The notes under the pieces are model-generated. The model was not told the DNA's origin. It saw nothing but the letters and a program-made list of their open reading frames with translations, and searched no databases. Shown piece by piece: positions 20,901-30,556 of a stretch of 64,000 nucleotides of DNA. Source of the stretch: an uncultured delta proteobacterium (GTDB lineage: Bacteria > Desulfobacterota > Desulfomonilia > Desulfomonilales > Desulfomonilaceae); NCBI GenBank assembly GCA_963789265.1, contig CAWBKB010000001.1, positions 1,600,001 to 1,664,000 on the forward strand. The letters run 5' to 3'. The position numbers and the translations under genes are program-made. Positions within the stretch are counted from its first letter, which is position 1; each line of letters begins with the position of its first letter.

Positions 20901-22308
20901 ATTACATTCACGTTCCGCGTCAAAGCCCGTTGACACTCCCGGAGAGAGCAGCGCGGAAGTTGCGGCTCAGCCGGCAATAGTCTCGGCCCACGGACCCTCG
21001 GCCTCCGAGACTAACGAGCAGCACCACTTTTCCATGAAGCATGGAGCACTTCAACCTGCCGGCAAGCACAAAGGGCACGGATCGAGAGCCGAAGTTCTCT
21101 ATATACCTTTTATAGGTGACCATGCTTTCGGATTTGCAGCAGCCGCCCGGTCGGTAGGAGTTGATGCCCGTGTACTTCCTCCTCCGGATGAAGAATCAGA
21201 GCGCCTGGGACGCCCGCACATGGTTGGTGGTGAGTGCCATCCGTACGCTCTGGTCCTGGGAGACTACCTCAAGGTTGCTCGGGTGCTGTCAACCGAAGAC
21301 GCGCGACGATCCCTATTTTACATACTAGGCCCTGACGCATGTCGGCTGGGACAATTCCCGACGTACATTGAGAAGGTTCGCCGCGAGCTCGGGCTCGGCG
21401 TCCATGTGATTCGGGACATAGATGAAGGGATCAATGCTTTCGCAGTTTCCGCGCGGAGCAGGCAGCAGGTGTTGCTAAGGGCCTGGGAGGGATTGAACGC
21501 GTATGACGTGCTGCTCCGGCTGTTTCTTCAAGTTCGCCCCAGGGCGCAAGATCGGGTGCTCCTCGAGCATGTTTACATTCGATGTCGAGACAAGCTCTAC
21601 AAAGCCCTTTCAGAGGGCAGGGTCAGAGCTGGGATGGACGAAGTCCTTCATGACCTTGATGCAGTGGCGCTGTACGACTCGGATCCTGTACCGGTTGTCG
21701 CTGTTACCGGTGACTATTACACTCGGATAGTGCCGTACGCCAATAATGACGTGTACAGTGAAATAGAGGCTCTCGGCGGCATGCTCTGGTCACCGCCGAC
21801 ATTCTCGGATAGTTACAAACTGGCGACGTTAAGGGATTTCTTGTGGAGCGTCATGACCGGCCGAACACGGGCTGCTGCTGAACACGGAATCTTTTATACT
21901 TTGATGACGATATCCGAATTTAAGGTCAAGGCACTACCGAGAGCTCGAAGGGCTCTAAACCGATCCATCGACCTGACCGGGTTGAATATGTGGAGAAAGG
22001 CTTCCGAGCATTCCCACAGCCGGCTTCCTCCGGGAATCAACGCCCCGCTTGCGACCGCGCTTAATTATCTGGATCAGGGTGCAGACGGCCTGCTCAACCT
22101 TATAACCCTGAACTGCTCTTATGGCACCGTGGTTACAGCAGCGCTGCTGCGAGCATTAAAGAAAAGACCCGGTATCCCGCTGCTAACGCTGGTCTTTGAC
22201 GGACTCAAGAAGACCAACGAAAAGACTCGCCTGGAAGCGTTCATGGAGCAGGTTAGAGACCGCTTTCATACCAGGTTGCAGCACCACGGGAAGCGATCCG
22301 CCGGCTGA
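17944..22308 (+). CDS. Fused 2-hydroxyacyl-CoA dehydratase activase (two BcrAD/BadFG domains plus DUF2229/HGD-D-like regions)
   Basis: Two copies of G.D.GSVS, EIGGQDSK, MN..CAAGTG.FL; ETCLPMK, FGCGPDPF, ECHPY, CRLGQF. Confidence 0.92.
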   Translation: MLWGGVVVSVHRYLGIDCGSVSLNLALLTDGTNEPISVYLRTRGRPLQTLVEAADELITICGTDVSITSALVTGSARELLAKALNIPAVNEISAHAAGIQHVNPSVKTVIEIGGQDSKFIRIQPLLNSGKSRIHSFRMNEICAAGTGAFLDEQAERLGIGIESFGSLALQSDKPAPIAGRCAVFAKTDMIHRAQEGTPLPDILLGLAFALVRNYIATLIRGDSLVPVVALQGGVMSNQAVVHAFRKLLDLEEEQVLIPPHYKVIGALGCAVLTAGSKSLHGLSLGTIKAAADKASRNPFSHSFFNPLNPALNSKPPTIEIAGNGALSTSRLVMGLDVGSVSVKGVILDGKGRVVREDYRLSRSLPLEALAQVVGSLTDDDISIAAIAVTGSGRHLAGGLLGADLIVNEITAQACAALSYDSGADTVVEIGGQDSKWISLEDGQVGDFEMNRVCAAGTGSFLMAQAQRLELPMGDTFSEAAFASYRPADLGNRCTVFMESDLIHHQNNGASSEDLAAGVCISIVHNYLERVANHKPLGEKVLFMGGVAATPAVKAAFEQQTGRRFETPPFFRVSGAVGAALKALEGLEAETIVPGQRKPIHWDPEQIRKEQFTCKGCSNQCSVNKYKSGERQVFHGGLCDRWEMDDGPRGRGDEPDLFSFRARLLKELSSTSLNADISWAMVQSPQFYEWFPFWKVFCEDLGISLLVSSPPTRKQFESGSRFLRVETCLPMKAMAGQIEDLVNRGAKMLFHPAILSESPSVRGNKPLDHCPFIQASSQFFRETFDVEWKEPVVNCEIDADALRRECVSFARGLGFSHYKAMSAFGKGQQHLEQFQARLRREGEEFVSSLGPTEPAIVVLGKPYHTSDPFLNMNLGSLLHRLGIRGLPGDLYPLRSSAAEKPVSWKYQGNMIQVAREIAEDPRLFPVLITFFGCGPDPFTLRHIKESIADKPMLILEMDEHCSRAGIITRLEAFLDRITLSRNGCKTGLHSRSASKPVDTPGESSAEVAAQPAIVSAHGPSASETNEQHHFSMKHGALQPAGKHKGHGSRAEVLYIPFIGDHAFGFAAAARSVGVDARVLPPPDEESERLGRPHMVGGECHPYALVLGDYLKVARVLSTEDARRSLFYILGPDACRLGQFPTYIEKVRRELGLGVHVIRDIDEGINAFAVSARSRQQVLLRAWEGLNAYDVLLRLFLQVRPRAQDRVLLEHVYIRCRDKLYKALSEGRVRAGMDEVLHDLDAVALYDSDPVPVVAVTGDYYTRIVPYANNDVYSEIEALGGMLWSPPTFSDSYKLATLRDFLWSVMTGRTRAAAEHGIFYTLMTISEFKVKALPRARRALNRSIDLTGLNMWRKASEHSHSRLPPGINAPLATALNYLDQGADGLLNLITLNCSYGTVVTAALLRALKKRPGIPLLTLVFDGLKKTNEKTRLEAFMEQVRDRFHTRLQHHGKRSAG

Positions 22309-22478
22309 ACGACGTCAGTTAGTACTCGATTTCCCGAACACGCGACCCTATTTCCGCGATGCAGTAATTGGGCAGTTTATGGTCCCCCTCGGGGAATGGG
22401 AGAAAAGCCCTCGCTTTCAGGCGAAGACCTCAGTACGTACAACCGTGTAATGGCGTGGCACAAAATGCAGAGATGCCG

Positions 22479-22588
22479 GTAGGATGCTGGTGAGTTCCGC
22501 GATACGCGGAACGAACCGCATCGTTCGCGGTTTTATCTCGATTGATGCGGTTCTCCCGCGCAGAACGCGGGCTCACCAGCGTCCTACG
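22479..22588. repeat. GTAG-type REP doublet (REPIN-like); related copy at about 46714-46896
   Basis: gtaggatgctggtgag...ctcaccagcgtcctac with internal gaaccgcatc/gatgcggttc arms. Confidence 0.7.
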
Positions 22589-22970
22589 CTGATAGTGACT
22601 CCGATCCTCTGGCGGTAGCGACCGCCGGATTCATCCGGGAGAGCTAAAATGCCGCCGAAGTCACCACCTTCAGGCAGTGGAGCCCCCATTTTGCGATGTT
22701 TCAAGCTCCTCGCAAAGTTCGACCGCTCGCTTCAGGCGACTTCACTACACCTCAAGTTCATGGTAAATTGTAATTGCCTGCATAGGAACAACCACTTACA
22801 ATCTGCTAGGGTCCTTGTACGGCGTGGATAAGTGTGGGCGTCCGAAGGCTTGATCGAATACAAACCAGGGCGGTCGTAGGTCTGCCCTTGCCCCTCTCTG
22901 TGACACCTTTGTATGCTGACAGTATAACAGTGTTACACCTTCGGTTCATTCGGGAAAGGAGTACCAGTCG

Positions 22971-23219
22971 ATGCGAGTGATCACCGTCTGCGTGGGGAGC
23001 GCCTGCCATCTCAAAGGTTCCCACGAGATAATAAACTATTTCAAGACAGCAATAGCAGAAGCCGGAGTCGAAAAGGAAGTAGAACTTAAAGGAACTTTTT
23101 GCATGGATCAGTGTACTGATGGAGCCAATCTTCTTATCGACGAACAAATTTTCCATGCCAATTCAGTCGACGATGCCAGGCAAATTTTTCAAACGGAGAT
23201 ACTCCAGAAGCTAAAGTAA
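22971..23219 (+). CDS. Thioredoxin-like [2Fe-2S] ferredoxin (HfsA/NuoE-like)
   Basis: CVGSACHLKG...GTFCMDQC; AAGGAG RBS. Confidence 0.9.
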   Translation: MRVITVCVGSACHLKGSHEIINYFKTAIAEAGVEKEVELKGTFCMDQCTDGANLLIDEQIFHANSVDDARQIFQTEILQKLK

Positions 23220-23233
23220 AAGGTGACGGCATC

Positions 23234-25540
23234 ATGGACTCAGCTAGACCTAAAAGAGTACCTTGGAAGAGTTGGAGTGACTTCACAGCATGGGCTCAGG
23301 ATTTCTCTCTGCGGCAAAAGGTGCTGGGGGGATTCCTGGGTGTGGTCGTGCTTGTGGGATTGGCCACGATCCTGATCGGCACCCGGCTTGCCAGGGAAAC
23401 GATTATCGATCGGGCCAGGATCCGGCTCTTCAGCGATCTTGCTACCGCTGGATTTATTTTGAAGAACTCCCAGGAAGGTTTGGAACTCAAGGTCCGCATG
23501 GCTGCGGATTCAGAGAAGTTCAAAGATCTTCTGGCCAAAGGAGAAATCCACGAAATTCGTAACAGTCTGGCAAAACTGGCAGTTGAAAACGATTTGGATT
23601 TCCTTTCTCTCACCGACGATAAGGGCCGAGTCCTGGCCAGGGCTTTTACTCCGGAAATCAAGAACAAGGACGTCTCTGCCGATCCTCTGGTCGCGGCTGC
23701 ACTGAAAGGACAGGATTCGTCCGGCGTGAGGCTGGTTTCCGTGGAAAGGCTTTCAGACGAGAACCCGACACTCCTTCGTCGCATAGGAGAACGCCCTGAC
23801 AAGAAAGGCATGATACTGGAAGCAGCGCACCACGTTGTCACGGGCTCGACGGTGACGGCTACGTTTTACGGTGGAATACTTCTCAATGGCAACAATATCA
23901 TTGTGGATACGATCTCACGTAGGCTCTTCAGAGGAGAAGTCTTCGATAAACGGGACGTCGGGTATGTGGCTATATTTCAGGGAGACCAGGCAGTCAGCAC
24001 CACTTTGAGGGGGCGAGATGGTCTGCCTGTCCTGGGTTTCACGGCGGGCGGGGAGATTCGCGACAAGGTTCTCGACATGGGGCAGACCGAAATCACCTGG
24101 GAATCTCAGCTAGGGGCCAGGTATCTTTCCGCGACCGATCCAATTCGCGACCCTGGGGGGAAGATCATAGGCGCTCTTCAGGTGGGCACCCTGGAAAAAC
24201 CCATTACCTCAGTCATCCACAGACTCGTGGGAACCTTTATGGTGGTCGCATTTTTCGGGGTTCTGCTGATGGCCGCGATTTCTTATTTCCTTGTCAAATG
24301 GATTAATCGGCCGCTCGAACAGATGCTCCACGCGGCGAGAAGAGCCGCTGACGGTGACTTGAGCCATGAAGTCCCTGTCATGGCCAGGGATGAAGTCGGC
24401 GAGTTGGCTGCGACATTCAACCTGATGATCCGCAATTTAGCCGAATCGCGTAAGAAACTGGAAGCGTGGGGCGAACAACTGGCGTCCAAGGTGGCAGCTC
24501 AAACCGGCGAATTGGATCAAGCTCGAGAACAGGTCGCGTGGGTCAGGAAACTCGCATCGCTTGAAAAAATGGCCGACGGGATGAGCCACATAATGGCGCA
24601 CATCTCGGACCCAATGGTCGGATTTGCCGCACCCGGGGACGGCAGCGGGACCACAAGTAGAATACTTATCCTGGATACAGACGAGAAAGTCCTCGAAATC
24701 TGCGAGCGTATCCTGGAGAGCGAAGGGTTCGAGGTGAAACTGGCCCGTACGGTCGACGAAGCCCTGGCGGATCTTGAGAAACAATTCTTCGATGTAGTCG
24801 TAGCGGACATCGACATGCCGGAAATGAGCGGCCAGGATCTTCTCAAGGAGATGAAGTACCGACAACCTGAAGTTCTCGTAATATTGACAGCGCCGTTCAA
24901 AGCGACCGAAGAAGCGGTCGAGGTGGTGAAAATGGGCGCTTACGATTATATACCCAAGCCTTTTGGTCCACATCAGATCCTGCTAATGGTCTATACAGCG
25001 CTCCAGACAAAAGAGATGCTCCAAAAGACACGGCGACAACATGCCGAACAGAGGGCCGAGGCGATCTTCCAGCGCCTGCCCGTGGCGATAGCTCTGGCCG
25101 ATAAAGCTCACCGCGTGGTCTACCACAACAGAGCTCTCACTGAACTTGCCGCGCAGGACGGGGAGGACACTGTTCGGGGCAAGACCTTCGGAGAACTATT
25201 CGGGGTCGATCCCCTGGATGAGGGCATGGGTGAAGAAGAATCCGGTGGCTCAAGATGGTTGCAACTCGACAAAGTCGGCCGCACCGCAAAACTTTACAAT
25301 TTCGAGCTGCCCGATGAGGACCTCAGGGTCTTGATGCTTCTGGACATTACCGACACCGTTATGAAGGACCAACAGGCCGACGTTTTCAAAACCGAGACAA
25401 TTACGAAAGCTCAGCAGGTCATACACCAGCAGATGCGTGTGGCCCAGGAGATAGCCGGATTGCTTGGAGAGACCACCGTGGAGACCAAAGCGGCCCTTTT
25501 TGAGTTGATCAAGCTGGCAGGTGAGGGAGAGTCACGATGA
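23234..25540 (+). CDS. Membrane sensor: Cache-like, HAMP, degenerate HisKA, receiver, PAS, HfsB/HydS-type C-terminal helix
   Basis: Two TM helices; DEVGELAATFNLM HAMP; KLASLEKMADGMSH; VVADIDMPEMSG..YIPKPF; QMRVAQEIAGLLGETTVETK tail. Confidence 0.85.
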   Translation: MDSARPKRVPWKSWSDFTAWAQDFSLRQKVLGGFLGVVVLVGLATILIGTRLARETIIDRARIRLFSDLATAGFILKNSQEGLELKVRMAADSEKFKDLLAKGEIHEIRNSLAKLAVENDLDFLSLTDDKGRVLARAFTPEIKNKDVSADPLVAAALKGQDSSGVRLVSVERLSDENPTLLRRIGERPDKKGMILEAAHHVVTGSTVTATFYGGILLNGNNIIVDTISRRLFRGEVFDKRDVGYVAIFQGDQAVSTTLRGRDGLPVLGFTAGGEIRDKVLDMGQTEITWESQLGARYLSATDPIRDPGGKIIGALQVGTLEKPITSVIHRLVGTFMVVAFFGVLLMAAISYFLVKWINRPLEQMLHAARRAADGDLSHEVPVMARDEVGELAATFNLMIRNLAESRKKLEAWGEQLASKVAAQTGELDQAREQVAWVRKLASLEKMADGMSHIMAHISDPMVGFAAPGDGSGTTSRILILDTDEKVLEICERILESEGFEVKLARTVDEALADLEKQFFDVVVADIDMPEMSGQDLLKEMKYRQPEVLVILTAPFKATEEAVEVVKMGAYDYIPKPFGPHQILLMVYTALQTKEMLQKTRRQHAEQRAEAIFQRLPVAIALADKAHRVVYHNRALTELAAQDGEDTVRGKTFGELFGVDPLDEGMGEEESGGSRWLQLDKVGRTAKLYNFELPDEDLRVLMLLDITDTVMKDQQADVFKTETITKAQQVIHQQMRVAQEIAGLLGETTVETKAALFELIKLAGEGESR

Positions 25541-26695
25541 ACGATGCGTTGTTCATCGAAGCCGGCGGAGCTAACATCTGCAGGTACGGGGAAATACTTT
25601 GCGGAGACTCATTATCTGTTGCTCCGATGGGTGGTGGCAAGCTCATGGTCCTCTCCGACGGCCTTGGCAGTGGAGTCAAAGCAAACATCCTGGCTACCTT
25701 AACGACCAAGATAGCCATGCGGTTGATGGAACGGGGCCTTCCCCTCGAAGAAGTTGTAGCGACACTAACCGACACGCTTCCCGAGTGCAAAGTTAGGAAG
25801 ATTGCGTACAGCACCTTCACTTTGCTGAAGGTGTTGGAAGACGGGCGGGCATATCTTGCGGAGTTCGACAACCCGCCAACGTTCTTTCTCAAGCGAGGCT
25901 ATGTCAGCCAGTTGAGGTACAAGGATCGAGTTATCGGCGCGAGAAAAATCCGCGAGGCTCACGTCCACCTGAATGCCGGTGACTGGTTGATAACAGTCAG
26001 TGACGGTGAGATTCATGCCGGAATTGGCGGGCTGCTGAATCTCGGCTGGGATTGGGAAAAGATCGCCAAGTTCCTTGAGACCCAGGTCTATGAAGATATT
26101 TCCGCCCAAAAGGTTGCTCAGATACTGGTGGACCAGGCTCGCCAGCTCTATGAAGGGAAGCCGGGTGACGACACGACGGTTGGGGTATTGAAGATACGGC
26201 CCAAGCGCATCAGTGCGTTCATGATCGGTCCACCGGTGAGACGTGAAGATGACGACATCGTAGTGAAGCGATTCCTGGAGACACCCGGCCGCAAAATAGT
26301 CAGTGGTGGAACGACAGCGGGCATCCTTGGCAAAATGCTGGGAAAAGACGTGATAGTTGACCTCTCGACCATGACCAGCAAGATTCCGCCCACCGGAAAG
26401 TTGGACGGGATCGACCTCGTGACCGAAGGAGTCCACACAGTAAACCATGCACTGGAAATACTGGAAAAGGTGAAAGATATCGAACAGCTCGTTGCCAAGC
26501 GCGATGGTGCAAGCCGCCTCGCTTGGGAGTTCCTCTATGCGGACAGTATCAATATCTTGCTGGGCCAGGCCATCAACCCCGCGCGACCTGAATCCTAACT
26601 TGCCTCAGGAAATGGGGTTCAAGAGCCGTAGCGTGCAAGCCATTGCGAACCTTCTCAGAGATAGCGGCAAAGAGGTTAATCTTGAAATTCACTAA
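25537..26695 (+). CDS. SpoIIE/PP2C-type phosphatase (HfsC-like); +1 frameshift at about 26585, probably an artefact
   Basis: LCGD, LSDGLGSGVKANILATLT, SDG, GDDTTV, SGGTT, LVTEG; removing one G gives AINPAHLNP. Confidence 0.88.
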
Positions 26696-26752
26696 TTTCA
26701 GCTTCGCTATCCGACTGAAACCCCGTGGAACCGACATTGAAATTAGAAACGT

Positions 26753-27637
26753 ATGAGGATTATTGCACCAATGAGTTTAGCTTGTCCGGTCTGCCTAAGC
26801 GAAAATCGGGAAATGGACGGATTTGACCTGATTTCAGTCTTGGGCCTTATGAAAGAATACAATTGGCAAGAGATTTGGAAGCGATACCGCCCCCAGAGTT
26901 CTCGAAATGACACCATAAGCATGTACGTGCCCGCCGACCTCTATTTCATAGAAATGCACGTCCAAAAGATGCAGCGGATAATCCTTTCGGAAAAGTTCAA
27001 CACGAACCCCTTCTTCATGCAACAGGTCATCCAAAGGATAATCGCATCCCACGACCATGACCTCATTATGGGGAAGATACGACAGCAAGGGATTGACACT
27101 GGAGATAATCCCATCTCTTTGTCATGTTCAATGGGGGACACGATAATAGATTTGATCGTGAACAGAGAAGAACACCGCTCAAAAAGAGCTTCCGCTCGCC
27201 ACGAAAATACCCATATCGAGATGGTGGAGAACCGGCCGCTGGATATCTACGACCTCTCCTCCACGTTGTACCTCTGTCAGCAAAACCTCTCCGGTGCGAT
27301 CTTTAAGCGGTACGAGGACCCGGAAAGTCAGCCAGATAAAGACCCGTCGGATCGTCGGGTCACGATCCGAACTCAAGTGGGCGATTACTCTGTATGTTTG
27401 GACTTCAGACAGGTTTCCACCCGAACGGAAAGAATAATCCCTCCCCCCGGCAACGCATCGGTTTTCACAATGCATCAGGTTCTCCAGAGAATGAATTTCA
27501 GGCATGCACCGACGCTTATTCTGAAGGAACTCAACGACGTGGGGCTTTCAGTCACACCGGAGCAGCTAGACAATCAGTTCACGTTGCAGCGATACATAAA
27601 TGACACTGTCTTGCACCTGGACTTCAAACGCGCCTAA
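26753..27637 (+). CDS. Hypothetical protein with N-terminal CxxC and an internal two-fold repeat
   Basis: 294-aa ORF directly after the phosphatase; CPVC; duplicated motifs. Confidence 0.75.
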   Translation: MRIIAPMSLACPVCLSENREMDGFDLISVLGLMKEYNWQEIWKRYRPQSSRNDTISMYVPADLYFIEMHVQKMQRIILSEKFNTNPFFMQQVIQRIIASHDHDLIMGKIRQQGIDTGDNPISLSCSMGDTIIDLIVNREEHRSKRASARHENTHIEMVENRPLDIYDLSSTLYLCQQNLSGAIFKRYEDPESQPDKDPSDRRVTIRTQVGDYSVCLDFRQVSTRTERIIPPPGNASVFTMHQVLQRMNFRHAPTLILKELNDVGLSVTPEQLDNQFTLQRYINDTVLHLDFKRA

Positions 27638-27676
27638 GGCAGTTGCCATAAATGAGGTCTTTTTATTAGCGAGACG

Positions 27677-27737
27677 TTGTAGGGGCGAATGGCATTCGCC
27701 CAGGGCGGTCCCGCGTCCCGCGGGATCGCCCCTACAA
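27677..27737. repeat. GTAGGGGC-type REP doublet; related copy 30461-30518
   Basis: ttgtaggggcga...tcgcccctacaa. Confidence 0.7.
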
Positions 27738-27813
27738 TCCCCGGATTTTATCCTCCGAATCGGACAAAACTTTTGGCAATGGGTATAATTTCCAGAATCT
27801 CTACGAGTGCCGC

Positions 27814-29946
27814 TTATCTCCCCATTTTTCCCAATGCCTTTCGACACGCGGCGGTCTCTTTGTATGGACCGCTCCTTTGCCACACAGGGTCATCGTAACG
27901 ATCGTGGCAAGGGAGGCATGGAGCAATGCTAACTATTCTTCGGATCTCTTCCTTATTGAATCCTCTCGACAGCTTGTGGGATGTGCTTTGCTGGACGCTC
28001 CCGGAACTATCGACTATTGCATCGACCGGGAAGCGTATTCGTAAACCCGAGCTCTTCGAATCGTAAATAGACAGCAATTCCATGGATTTGGTTTTAGAGT
28101 TCCAGGTCAGGATACCATCTCCCAGCCCCAGCGCTTTGGGGTCCGAGTGGCAGTCAACACAACGGGGCACCTCTTTTCGAACCGTATGAGGATGTGTGGG
28201 GCCCATTGCTATGGATGATAGACCGTTCTTGAGCTTCATGATTTTGGAATCGTACGGAGGAACGACTTTGCCTCCGGCATCGATGACCGTATTCCACACC
28301 TGGCATCCGGGAACGAGAATTCCCACCTTGCCTCTGGAGTTAATTCCGTAGATGTTCCGTTCAAATCGGAAGAAGCCCCGTCCCTCTGCCCATCGGCCTT
28401 TAGTCATATTTCCGGATATGTGATCCAAGCCCTTTGAACCAAGATCCAGGACTTGATGGCACCCGTAGCACTGCGGGCTCCAGGCGCTGTGGCAGGTATC
28501 GCACTCAAGCCGCTTGTGGCCGTAAATTGTGTGTCCGTTTTTCCTTCCTGTTATTATACTTACCGAATGTCCTTTGCCTGTAAGTTTGTCCGTGAGTCTC
28601 CATCCTTTTTCAGTGAGCCGGACATGAGGCATCGGCCTCTCTTTCGAGGTCTGAAGTATAACGTCGCCGTCGGCAAGCTTCAAAAGCGGGGAGGCCCTTA
28701 TCAAAGTACGCACCAGAGGATTGTTGTTGTCCACGGTCATGGTCCTGGGAGGGGTTGAGTAAGAGCCGTGGCAATCTTCGCACCGAATCTCTACCTGATC
28801 CTCTATATGAGCATAGATTTTGCCGTCCCCCATGGTGTCCTGACCTGCGTGGCAATCTATGCATGCCATTCCTTTTTCATGATGAATGTCGGGAACGAGA
28901 TTCCAGATGAATCTATTGTCGCTCAGCGTTTCGTCGTTGAGACCGCCGTGGACAAAGGGGGTCCCATACTGTGTGCTTTCCATTTGCCCGTGATAGCTCA
29001 AGCCGACCCTTGCGCTGCGATTGTGGCATGCCCGGCAGCGGTCGTCCGGGATCTTGTTGGTTATGGTATGGGTAGCCGGATGGCCGACTTCATCCCGTTT
29101 GACGGTAGGATCGCAGCCCACGTAATGGCCCTCTTTGCCATAAGGCGCATGGCATGCAGGGCAGCCTTCCATACGTCCCATCTTTTTTCTGTACCGGGAA
29201 TTCCACAGATGGCATGCTGCACAGAATTTTTGGAACTGGCTTGATGCAAGGTCGAGATCGCCTCTCCGGTTGATTTCCGGTGGGACTGCCGCGAGGCTGG
29301 TCTTGCCATCAGATACAGATCGGATGGCGAACCTGGGGTTGTTGTCCTTCTCCAGCCCCCATTGGAAGCGCAATATGCTGATTATCCCCGCGTTGGTGGC
29401 CATCAAAGACTTGGGAACATTTTCAACACGATTAAGCAGCGGATTCACCCTTCCGGAATGACAGGTTCCTGCACCGGGAGCAGAGCTGCCGCAGCCCACG
29501 GGTGCCAGATCGAGCCTGGCGGGATTGCGTCCACCTCTTAAGCCGAGATGTGCGCCTCGGACTGTAAGATCCGCGGCATTACCGCCGTGGCAGGTGACGC
29601 AACCGAAAACAGAGTTGGGATGGGATTCGGACACGTCTTCAATTCCGAAATGGCAGGACATACAGCGTTCCGGAGGCAACTTGCCGCCAAAGGGGCTGAT
29701 CTCAATCACCTTCGGCGGTTTGTTCCTCAAGATTTCTATCTGCGCGAGAATTTGTCGCTTTTGGGCCAGCCGCGGTTCATCTGCCAAATTCTTTTCCAGG
29801 TGCGCTATTGTTAGAGCTATCCCCTTTCTTTGATAGCTTTGCCATTCAGGATTGCGGCCACGATATTCGACGTAAGCGAACGCAGCCAACAGAGCCATGC
29901 CTGCCGCCACAGTTGCGAGCCGGAACCCGGAGCCTGATGTCTTCAT
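27814..29946 (-). CDS. Multiheme c-type cytochrome (ExtM-like)
   Basis: 11 CxxCH motifs plus one CX9CH; N-terminal membrane anchor. Confidence 0.88.
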   Translation of the reverse strand: MKTSGSGFRLATVAAGMALLAAFAYVEYRGRNPEWQSYQRKGIALTIAHLEKNLADEPRLAQKRQILAQIEILRNKPPKVIEISPFGGKLPPERCMSCHFGIEDVSESHPNSVFGCVTCHGGNAADLTVRGAHLGLRGGRNPARLDLAPVGCGSSAPGAGTCHSGRVNPLLNRVENVPKSLMATNAGIISILRFQWGLEKDNNPRFAIRSVSDGKTSLAAVPPEINRRGDLDLASSQFQKFCAACHLWNSRYRKKMGRMEGCPACHAPYGKEGHYVGCDPTVKRDEVGHPATHTITNKIPDDRCRACHNRSARVGLSYHGQMESTQYGTPFVHGGLNDETLSDNRFIWNLVPDIHHEKGMACIDCHAGQDTMGDGKIYAHIEDQVEIRCEDCHGSYSTPPRTMTVDNNNPLVRTLIRASPLLKLADGDVILQTSKERPMPHVRLTEKGWRLTDKLTGKGHSVSIITGRKNGHTIYGHKRLECDTCHSAWSPQCYGCHQVLDLGSKGLDHISGNMTKGRWAEGRGFFRFERNIYGINSRGKVGILVPGCQVWNTVIDAGGKVVPPYDSKIMKLKNGLSSIAMGPTHPHTVRKEVPRCVDCHSDPKALGLGDGILTWNSKTKSMELLSIYDSKSSGLRIRFPVDAIVDSSGSVQQSTSHKLSRGFNKEEIRRIVSIAPCLPCHDRYDDPVWQRSGPYKETAACRKALGKMGR

Positions 29947-30332
29947 GCAAGGTAGCCCCAGACGGTCAAGAAAATCACAGCTCCGCCAATCACAAAGAAT
30001 AGAGTACGTATAAGAGTTCGTTTGTCACAGGCGTAGGGTACCAGGGCTAAGGCGAGGAGCACAACCAGGGGAATAATGATTCCCGCGATGATAGGAGGGA
30101 AGTAACGCAGCATTTGCTGGATTCCCACGAAGATCCAAGGGGCCTTGACGTGTTCGGCAGCGAGGCCCGCAGCATCTGCTGGTGCCTTTATTGGAGCGTC
30201 TACCAGAGACGAGAGCAACGCGGCCGCGGCCAAAGTAATCAAGGCTGCAAGTCCTTCCTTGCGAAGAAGATCGGGAACGCTTCGTATTCTGGGATTTTGC
30301 CGCGCGGTCTCTTTTTGCACTGAACACTCCAT
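29943..30332 (-). CDS. Cytochrome b C-terminal / subunit IV-like membrane protein (ExtQ-like)
   Basis: Three TM helices; KAPWIFVGIQQMLRY (PEWY-equivalent). Confidence 0.75.
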   Translation of the reverse strand: MECSVQKETARQNPRIRSVPDLLRKEGLAALITLAAAALLSSLVDAPIKAPADAAGLAAEHVKAPWIFVGIQQMLRYFPPIIAGIIIPLVVLLALALVPYACDKRTLIRTLFFVIGGAVIFLTVWGYLA

Positions 30333-30556
30333 TTCCCAAATGTGGTCTCGCGTTCCGGTACAATAGCTGTCATTCTCGCGTATGCGGGAATCCAGACATT
30401 GGCGGACAAGATGCCCACCCTACTATCGCAGGTCGTCGTTACCATGTTCGCGGGAATACATTGTAGGGGCACCTCTAGTGGGTGCCCGCGAGGGGGCAGG
30501 CGCAAGGTCGGCCCCTACGAACCCTTGAAACGCGAGTGTGCTACGACTGAATAAAT

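Noticed and set aside
22452..22470. Sigma54 promoter (tggcac...tgc)
   Set aside because: GG-to-GC spacing is 8, not 10
26575..26600. Programmed frameshift or Sec/Pyl readthrough at the split genes
   Set aside because: Breaks are frame changes without slippery heptamers or in-frame recoded stops; sequencing error is simpler
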